IMG/VR virus record: IMGVR_UViG_3300031957_002643
Coordinates: 1 to 64,000 of that record
DNA length: 64,000 nucleotides
Direction: 5' to 3' (one strand)
Positions 57,846 through 64,000 of this stretch are shown here, in pieces. Both the position numbers and the translations under genes were made by a program. The notes under the pieces were generated by a model, which saw nothing but the letters and a program-made list of their open reading frames with translations, was not told the DNA's origin and did not search any database. Position 1 is the stretch's first letter, and each line of letters begins with the position of its first letter.

Positions 57846-58709
57846 ATGTTACCAGACGAATTAAAGCCATTTGCTAATGAGCAAACCTATTTGACTGCCT
57901 TGGAAAAGGTTTTGTTGAATGGTGAAAAGAAGGGAGACCGCACAGGAACAGGAACTATGTCTGTATTTGGAATGCATTCCACGTATGACATGGATTGTGA
58001 TTTCCCTGTTCTGACTTCGAAAAAGATTTTCTGGAAAGGCATTGTTGGTGAATTGCTTTGGTTCCTTCGTGGAGAAACCAACATCAAATCCCTTCAGGAA
58101 GACAATATTAATTTTTGGGATGAATGGGCGGATGCCGATGGCAACCTTGGTCCAGTATATGGATATCAGTGGAGACGATTCCCAAGAGTTGATTGGGATA
58201 ATGGTGATCCGGCTCAAGCTGGATATGTTGATCAAATCGAACAAGTTCGTAACAGCTTGATCAATGATCCTCACAGTCGTAGACAGATTGTTAGCGCGTG
58301 GAACCCCGGAATGGTTCATGATATGGCACTACCGCCATGTCATGCGTTCTTTCAGTTCTATGTGCGAGAGAACAAATATCTAGATTGTCAGTTGTATCAA
58401 AGATCGGCTGATATGTTTTTGGGTGTGCCGTTTAACATCGCATCATACTCACTGCTGACAGCCATTATGGCGATGAAGGTTGGATTAGAACCGGGTCGCT
58501 TCCATCATACTCTTGGAGATGCACATATCTATGTGAACCATGAAGAGCAGGTTAGAGAACAGTTGTACAAGAGAGCAAGACATCATGCACCTAAGCTGTG
58601 GATTGATCCTGTCGTGAAGGATTTGCCATGGGAAGAGTTGAAACTTGAACATTTCAAGTTGGTGGATTATGTCAGTGAAGGGATTTTGAAAGCGGAGATC
58701 GCAGTATGA
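57846..58709 (+). CDS. thyA: thymidylate synthase
   Basis: DRTGTGT, ELLWFL, LGPVYG.QWR, ALPPCH, YQRSADMFLGVPFN. Confidence 0.96.
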   Translation: MLPDELKPFANEQTYLTALEKVLLNGEKKGDRTGTGTMSVFGMHSTYDMDCDFPVLTSKKIFWKGIVGELLWFLRGETNIKSLQEDNINFWDEWADADGNLGPVYGYQWRRFPRVDWDNGDPAQAGYVDQIEQVRNSLINDPHSRRQIVSAWNPGMVHDMALPPCHAFFQFYVRENKYLDCQLYQRSADMFLGVPFNIASYSLLTAIMAMKVGLEPGRFHHTLGDAHIYVNHEEQVREQLYKRARHHAPKLWIDPVVKDLPWEELKLEHFKLVDYVSEGILKAEIAV

Positions 58710-59086
58710 TCATTCAAACCATTGTGCAAGGCGACGAACCGACAGAGAGCGGAAGAACGCTTTCGACCGAAGAACTGACGAAGGCACTAGAAGTTTACAA
58801 TCAGAAGGATGTTAGACTTGGTGAAGTCATGGATGAAAACTTCACGGTCAATTCTAGTATTGATCTGGCCAATACCGCGTTCATCATTGAAGATGCATTT
58901 CTGGATGAAGATAATATCCTGTGTGCACAAATCAAACCATTAGATACCCCGATGGGTAAGATTATCTTTCATGAAGGACTTCTACCAAATATAAAATTCA
59001 CACCGCGTTATAGTGGAGTAGTGAATGAGGATGGAACCGTTACCGATATCGAGATGATCTCTATCGATGCTTATAATGGTGTATGA
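58706..59086 (+). CDS. prohead protease (gp21)-like fold lacking catalytic His/Ser
   Basis: GR....EL..A, LGE, IDL.N....I, LDTPMGKI match gp21; ELxHP and SSRG motifs are replaced. Confidence 0.65.
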   Translation: MIIQTIVQGDEPTESGRTLSTEELTKALEVYNQKDVRLGEVMDENFTVNSSIDLANTAFIIEDAFLDEDNILCAQIKPLDTPMGKIIFHEGLLPNIKFTPRYSGVVNEDGTVTDIEMISIDAYNGV

Positions 59087-59637
59087 TAATGAAAATTGAA
59101 TATGCTCAAAATCCTATGGCATCTAAAATCATTCTTGATGATGCCGATTTGAACACTCTCAGAGATAAATGTTTTGTAGAAGCTGCTGAAGATTTGATTG
59201 CTAGTTTCTATTGTGACATGAAATATCGAGATATGGATATCGAAGACGCATATTCAAAAACGTTCGATTCGGTTGAAAAACAAATGCGATCTGAAGTCAA
59301 CCATTATATGGACTGGTTGCCTGACACTGCGACGGGACAACATGTCGGAGATTGTACATGTGTGCCTTCGACCTGTGGGCGTTGCATGTTAGAGAATTTC
59401 CTTGGGATCGATACCATTGAAGGTTTGGGCAAACATGAGGGTGCCAAAATCAGTGGGTACTTTAACAAGCATCCAGACGGGACCGCCAAAGACTGCCTTG
59501 AGCATATGAGAAATCGAACCGTTGAAGCAACTGAAGACTGGCACAAGCCTCACATCGAGCGATGGAAACAAGAACTCGTGAACACAATCGCGTGGCTTGA
59601 AAAATACATCACTGAGAAACTTGAGGAAGAACTATGA
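59083..59637 (+). CDS. hypothetical Cys-cluster protein
   Basis: HVGDCTCVPSTCGRC. Confidence 0.7.
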   Translation: MIMKIEYAQNPMASKIILDDADLNTLRDKCFVEAAEDLIASFYCDMKYRDMDIEDAYSKTFDSVEKQMRSEVNHYMDWLPDTATGQHVGDCTCVPSTCGRCMLENFLGIDTIEGLGKHEGAKISGYFNKHPDGTAKDCLEHMRNRTVEATEDWHKPHIERWKQELVNTIAWLEKYITEKLEEEL

Positions 59638-60047
59638 AACCTAGTTTTGATATGGCATTTAGTATTGCCCTTATTGAACGCGGTAAGGGGAACATGGATT
59701 TCAGTGGTCTTGAAAAAATCGAAGAAATTTATCATCACTATAATAAATTCGAAAGCCTAAAGAATCCGCCATTACTTCTGAAGAAGTGGACGGTCTCTGA
59801 TACCATAAAAGCTACTTTGTATGTCGTTCCCGAAAGTACAGTCATGACATCTCCTCGATTGAGTATCGTGTACTCGGGGAAATATGTGTACAAAGTTCTA
59901 CATACAGACTTCAGCTACAAATTCCTGATGTACACCGATGAGGCCATTCAACAGATGGTCGATGAGCACGAAGATGAAATTAAACGTCTAGACCACTACG
60001 ATAAACATTTCTTCGATGTAGAAAAGAGAGACAAATATGAGCATTAG
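59634..60047 (+). CDS. hypothetical protein
   Basis: Tiled ORF. Confidence 0.6.
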   Translation: MKPSFDMAFSIALIERGKGNMDFSGLEKIEEIYHHYNKFESLKNPPLLLKKWTVSDTIKATLYVVPESTVMTSPRLSIVYSGKYVYKVLHTDFSYKFLMYTDEAIQQMVDEHEDEIKRLDHYDKHFFDVEKRDKYEH

Positions 60048-60513
60048 TATGATTGTTGCCCATGATATTAATCGGGCAATCGGAAAAGACGGGACCATTC
60101 CATGGCATATCCCGAATGATTTGAAATTCTTCAAAACCATGACTGTTGGCAAAACGGTCGTCATGGGACGGAAGACATTTGAATCCATTGGCTGTAAACC
60201 ACTGCCAGATCGGCGCAACGTTGTGCTCTCTCGTACTGTGGATAAACTATATGGCAACGTTATCCAATTCGATAATGCTGGAAGAGTTTCCGAACTTGCC
60301 AAGAATGATGAAATTTTCATTATTGGTGGCGCAGAGCTTTATGCACAGTTCATCAATATTGCAAATAAACTGTACGTCACCGAAATACATCAAGACATTG
60401 GTGGTGACGTATTCTTTCCTCCTGTAGATGAAACCAGATTTAAACTTGCATCTTCATGGTCCAATAGTTATAATGATTTGGACTATGATGTAAAGGTTTA
60501 TCTAAAGCGATGA
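60037..60513 (+). CDS. folA: dihydrofolate reductase
   Basis: IG..GTIPW.IP.D..FFK, VMGRKTFESI, PLPDRRN, IIGGA. Confidence 0.95.
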   Translation: MSISMIVAHDINRAIGKDGTIPWHIPNDLKFFKTMTVGKTVVMGRKTFESIGCKPLPDRRNVVLSRTVDKLYGNVIQFDNAGRVSELAKNDEIFIIGGAELYAQFINIANKLYVTEIHQDIGGDVFFPPVDETRFKLASSWSNSYNDLDYDVKVYLKR

Positions 60514-60797
60514 AGCGAGAACTTAGAGATAGATGGGTTGAATATCTGAAAGATAAGAAGAAAGCCCGCAGAAAGATGATTAACCCCCATCGCACGGACC
60601 AATTATGCTGTTTAGGGCATTTGTGCGTGATGGAGGGGATTGATAAAAAACGCCTTAAAGGCAAAACAATGCCTACAAATAACTTTTTGCGTAAAATTGG
60701 ATTATCTTATACTTTAGCTGGCACACTTGCCGAATTAAATGATACGAATGCTGGGTTCCCGATTGATGCTATAATGGAGTTACCTGTTGAAGATTAG
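60510..60797 (+). CDS. hypothetical protein
   Basis: CCLGHLC...LND motif. Confidence 0.65.
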   Translation: MKRELRDRWVEYLKDKKKARRKMINPHRTDQLCCLGHLCVMEGIDKKRLKGKTMPTNNFLRKIGLSYTLAGTLAELNDTNAGFPIDAIMELPVED

Positions 60798-61560
60798 TAT
60801 TGTATCCGATCTCCACATGGAAATCTGGAAGGAAAAGTTTCCTCAGATTGACTATGGCGATGCAGACATTGTTTGCTTCCTTGGTGACATCCACAAGGGA
60901 TCGCATGCGCTTGAAATGATGGCAGAGGTCAAGGAAGCCAAAGAAGGCCGTGAGGTTTTCTACATCGTTGGCAACCATGAACTTTATCGTTTTGAGTATC
61001 ATGCGATGATGAAGGAGATCAAGGAGCGCGCCAGTGCTCGTGGTATTATTGTGTTGGAAAATGAAGTGTTCCAAAAGGATGGGTTCACCTTCATCGGTGC
61101 TACTTGCTGGACGGATTATGAATTCGATCCGCAACACAATGCAAGCTATGTGATGGTTCAAGCTGCTTGGAATATGAACGATCACTATCTGATCGACTGG
61201 AACGATGAAAAGTTCAAGCCGCAGCATGCAAAGCAGTTGAATGATGTATCTAAACAATTCATCTTCAATGCTATTGCTGAGCACGGTAATGACAAGTCGA
61301 TTGTGTTGACGCATCATGCACCAACCAAGCATGCTGTTGCGCCACGCTTCCATGGCGATCCACTTAATGGTGCGTTCTGCAACAATTGGGATGATCTGAT
61401 TCGCGAGAATGGTCCTAAGCTTTGGGCGTTCGGTCATACTCACTTTGATGTGGACATTGATGTGGGTGATACTCGTGTCGTTGCTCGTCAGCTTGGTTAT
61501 CCCGGTGAACGCATGCACACCAGTCAAGGTGATTTCGAACCACTGTTCATTGACCTTTGA
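60787..61560 (+). CDS. calcineurin-like metallophosphoesterase
   Basis: SDLH, GD, GNHE, THHAP, GHTH. Confidence 0.9.
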   Translation: MKISIVSDLHMEIWKEKFPQIDYGDADIVCFLGDIHKGSHALEMMAEVKEAKEGREVFYIVGNHELYRFEYHAMMKEIKERASARGIIVLENEVFQKDGFTFIGATCWTDYEFDPQHNASYVMVQAAWNMNDHYLIDWNDEKFKPQHAKQLNDVSKQFIFNAIAEHGNDKSIVLTHHAPTKHAVAPRFHGDPLNGAFCNNWDDLIRENGPKLWAFGHTHFDVDIDVGDTRVVARQLGYPGERMHTSQGDFEPLFIDL

Positions 61561-61575
61561 TCAATAATGCAAAAC

Positions 61576-61612
61576 GAAAAGGCCCGCATCACGATTAGAT
61601 GCGGGCCTTTTC
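61576..61612. terminator. bidirectional rho-independent terminator
   Basis: GAAAAGGCCCGCATC-acgatta-GATGCGGGCCTTTTC between convergent genes. Confidence 0.9.
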
Positions 61613-61623
61613 TGTTTCTGATA

Positions 61624-62205
61624 TTACTTCGACCGGGAAGAGATCAGTGCTTTCGCATTGAAGTAGGCTACGGTTGCCCATTTCGGCGGAAGAGAATGTG
61701 CACTGGCGATCAGTGAGATCATTTCATCTTCGAGAAGTGCAGGACTCGATTTGATCGTGTCAGCAACCTCTTCAATCAGATCATCTGATTTGACACGGGC
61801 CGCATAGAATGAATCACCGACAGTCTTCGCAGTTTCTTTGGCAGCATTAGCCAAAGAACCAAAAAACTTTTTGGTTTTTCCACCAAGTTCGGCACCAATC
61901 TTATTGCCCATAGCACGAAGTTCCTCGGGCGAAAGATTCGCAATGGTTCGATCCGTAAATTCATGAACTTCCCGCATAGCTTCATCCATTTTCTTTCGAA
62001 CTTCATCGTTCGAAAGTGCAGAATCCGCCACCTGATCTGTCCAGACCTCAAGGACCATTTCCGCGATCTCATCGAAATGATTATCGAGAACAGTCATCAG
62101 GGCTTCCTGCGTGCTACGCTGGCGAGTTCGTTGCAGATTGTCGATACGAGTAGCAATGAACTCTGAAAGCTTGCTCTTCATATCCGGTTGACGAGTTCCA
62201 AACAT
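61624..62205 (-). CDS. hypothetical helical protein
   Basis: AGGAG RBS. Confidence 0.7.
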   Translation of the reverse strand: MFGTRQPDMKSKLSEFIATRIDNLQRTRQRSTQEALMTVLDNHFDEIAEMVLEVWTDQVADSALSNDEVRKKMDEAMREVHEFTDRTIANLSPEELRAMGNKIGAELGGKTKKFFGSLANAAKETAKTVGDSFYAARVKSDDLIEEVADTIKSSPALLEDEMISLIASAHSLPPKWATVAYFNAKALISSRSK

Positions 62206-62211
62206 TCCTGA

Positions 62212-62409
62212 TTACTCCTTGACAGGGAACATGGTTTCGGGCGGATGACCAACACCACACCAACCGACCATGGCTTGCTCGCAGATGTTGGTTGCTTGAC
62301 GTTCAGTATAGCGACCAGCTTCACGCATGTAGTAGGTATAGCCTGCTTTGTTCGGCTTCCACCATGCCTTGTGCTCATCACTCCAAATAAGGTAATAACG
62401 CTTGGCCAT
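62212..62409 (-). CDS. conserved small phage protein
   Basis: YLIWS.EH.AWW.PN..GYT....AGRY. Confidence 0.7.
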   Translation of the reverse strand: MAKRYYLIWSDEHKAWWKPNKAGYTYYMREAGRYTERQATNICEQAMVGWCGVGHPPETMFPVKE

Positions 62410-62431
62410 TACTAATTCCTCCATGATCTAT

Positions 62432-62460
62432 AACATACACGAAAAAAGTAATAGTGTCAA
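62432..62460 (-). promoter_or_regulatory. sigma70-type early promoter
   Basis: TTGACA-N17-TATGTT. Confidence 0.65.
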
Positions 62461-62462
62461 GT

Positions 62463-62732
62463 TTATTCTTGAGCGCAAATAGGATTTCCGCTTTCATCTA
62501 ATCTTGCATGAATTGCAATAGAGTAAGAGTCTTGAAGTATGAAATATTGGCATCCGTTATCTAGGTCAGTCATTATACTAACATCCAAAAAACTATACGG
62601 ATCATCGAACGCATGAGAAAGTTCAACGCGCCGAACATAATTCTCGGTTTCGGTACTTGTTACGAAAATTCGATTTGGGTCTTCATAACAAGCACTTAAA
62701 AGGATGCACAGGGATAATAGCAAATATTTCAT
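62463..62732 (-). CDS. putative lipoprotein
   Basis: MKYLLLSLCILLSAC lipobox; GCQY...C. Confidence 0.7.
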   Translation of the reverse strand: MKYLLLSLCILLSACYEDPNRIFVTSTETENYVRRVELSHAFDDPYSFLDVSIMTDLDNGCQYFILQDSYSIAIHARLDESGNPICAQE

Positions 62733-63436
62733 TATAATTCTCTTTCGATCTCTACAACTCTATCTAGTCCCAAAGCGAACTCAAATACACGAGTCTCTTC
62801 GGAATAATCGTTGCGGATCGACATGGACGCGATTTCTCTCCAACCTTTTTTGGTATGTGCTTCAAGGTCCAGTGTGCTTTCTGAATAGCTTGGCAGTCGA
62901 TCAGATTCAACAACACGAATTTTCTTGCCAAGAATTCTGGCAAGCATCGGTTCGACCTCCTTGATCACTGCATCACGATAGTCGGCCTTGGTTCCAACAG
63001 AATAGATACATTGCCATTCTGCTTGATAGAATTCATTAAAGCGAAGCTTGGATGGAGATGCACCATCAGCTTTCTCACGTCTAAAGCTTTTGCCAACCTG
63101 ATACACACAGAATGGGAGCTTTGCACGCTTGTTTGTTTTTTCCAAATGACGTGCAGCGGTATATGATGATGCGGTTGTTTCGCCACGCAAAACAAGTTGC
63201 TCACCAGCCGCTTCGTGGTTGGTTTCGAAAATATCATCACCAGTATATTCGGGCGAAACAAATGAGCGAGGCGTAAGAATTGGCCCTTCGATCTGGAAAA
63301 ACTCCCATGCAGGATTTTTGGCAAGGAGTGCTTTTTTAATCATGAAATTCGTTCTGGAAGAAATCATATCACGCACAAGGATTTCTTCTTCTGACCAGAA
63401 ACGAAGTCCGTCAGTTGGGTATAATGCAGTGCTCAT
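62732..63436 (-). CDS. class II aminoacyl-tRNA synthetase-like (GlyRS-type) catalytic core
   Basis: LRGET, QVGKSFRRE, LR..EF.Q.E.Q, EIAS, FEFALGLDR; no anticodon-binding domain. Confidence 0.8.
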   Translation of the reverse strand: MSTALYPTDGLRFWSEEEILVRDMISSRTNFMIKKALLAKNPAWEFFQIEGPILTPRSFVSPEYTGDDIFETNHEAAGEQLVLRGETTASSYTAARHLEKTNKRAKLPFCVYQVGKSFRREKADGASPSKLRFNEFYQAEWQCIYSVGTKADYRDAVIKEVEPMLARILGKKIRVVESDRLPSYSESTLDLEAHTKKGWREIASMSIRNDYSEETRVFEFALGLDRVVEIEREL

Positions 63437-63441
63437 AAGGA

Positions 63442-63870
63442 TTACCAGTCGTCGTTATCGTTGTATGGAGGGATGATTTCTACAAGGGTATTGCCTATGT
63501 ATCTATCAATCACGGGTTTAAGAAACTTCTTCCCATCGGGTTCATATGATGAGATTTTCAATTTCTTATACCCCTTGTTTTCGGCAAATGCAACAACCGC
63601 AGGAAACAAAGATGTTGCCATCCCCATATTTCGGAATTCAGAATCAACAGAAATGAATTTCATCCATAGCATTTCTGGATCATTAGGATTTTCCTGCAAT
63701 CCAGCAGCGGCTACCAGCTTATTTTTAACTTCTATGTAAAGAATGGTTTCTTCCCAATCCCATCCATAGACCAGATTGGGGGAAAGATAATCGATACGGT
63801 CATAAACATCACTTCCTTCGTATTTTTCAACGAAATCTCTTCCTCGTAATGTTTTGACCTTCCATGACAT
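63442..63870 (-). CDS. GNAT acetyltransferase
   Basis: ISVDSEFRNMGMATSL acetyl-CoA motif; start adjusted to the ATG after TAAATA. Confidence 0.8.
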   Translation of the reverse strand: MSWKVKTLRGRDFVEKYEGSDVYDRIDYLSPNLVYGWDWEETILYIEVKNKLVAAAGLQENPNDPEMLWMKFISVDSEFRNMGMATSLFPAVVAFAENKGYKKLKISSYEPDGKKFLKPVIDRYIGNTLVEIIPPYNDNDDW

Positions 63871-63875
63871 GAGAT

Positions 63876-63881
63876 TATTTA
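63876..63881 (-). promoter_or_regulatory. putative late promoter (TAAATA), 5 nt before ATG
   Basis: CATAAATAatctcATG. Confidence 0.6.
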
Positions 63882-63883
63882 TG

Positions 63884-64000
63884 TTAAACAATAAATGTTG
63901 CACCTGCGTTATCGATCAGCCATTGTTTTATAATCGTCAGATTTTTAATTATCTTGTCATCAGAAATGCCACAAGTATCAATATCGGGCATTCCAATATC
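63884..64000 (-). CDS. C-terminal fragment of a gene starting outside the window
   Basis: Open frame ...KQWLIDNAGATFIV*. Confidence 0.5.
   Translation of the reverse strand, partial: DIGMPDIDTCGISDDKIIKNLTIIKQWLIDNAGATFIV

Noticed and set aside
57846-58709. Thymidylate synthase as a DNA-hypermodification hydroxymethylase
   Set aside because: It has the canonical ThyA motifs including the dUMP-specifying Asn (VPFN), and DHFR is nearby.
1-64000. tRNA genes, introns, inteins, homing endonucleases; host or taxon assignment
   Set aside because: No intergenic space or recognisable motifs for these elements. The host cannot be established from this window.

Overview
This window is a fragment of a large lytic T4-superfamily (jumbo-type) myophage genome in the standard genetic code; no tRNA, rRNA, CRISPR array, integrase or intron was seen. 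Layout: (1) 1-6.2 kb (-): late baseplate operon. It includes a gp5-like hub/spike that the ORF track misses because it runs off the window, and which carries a T7-lysozyme-type amidase. (2) 6.3-22 kb (+): gp55 late sigma factor, gp47 and gp46 nuclease subunits, a histidine phosphatase and GroES, interspersed with 17 small, otherwise dissimilar ORFs that each carry one LPxx[FY]x[FIVL]K motif. (3) 22.1-32.3 kb (+): an uninterrupted array of 27 divergent ~120-aa paralogs, all beginning M[IL]x[DN]x[ILV]-like and all with Glu at position 18. (4) 32.3-42.5 kb (+): a late-promoter array of proteins with M[RK]Lxx[IL]xE capsid-targeting-like N-termini, HRxDGPA repeats, an apparent protease-processed polyprotein and a Nudix enzyme. 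(5) 42.5-55 kb (-): a block under sigma70-type early promoters (GMP reductase, HD hydrolase, RNA ligase, many hypotheticals). (6) 55-64 kb: RuvC-like resolvase, ThyA, DHFR, a catalytically degenerate prohead-protease paralog, a metallophosphoesterase, a GlyRS-like catalytic core and a GNAT. The most notable signal is three adjacent gene arrays, each unified by its own short peptide tag. All functional calls come from motif recognition by eye; no searches were run.
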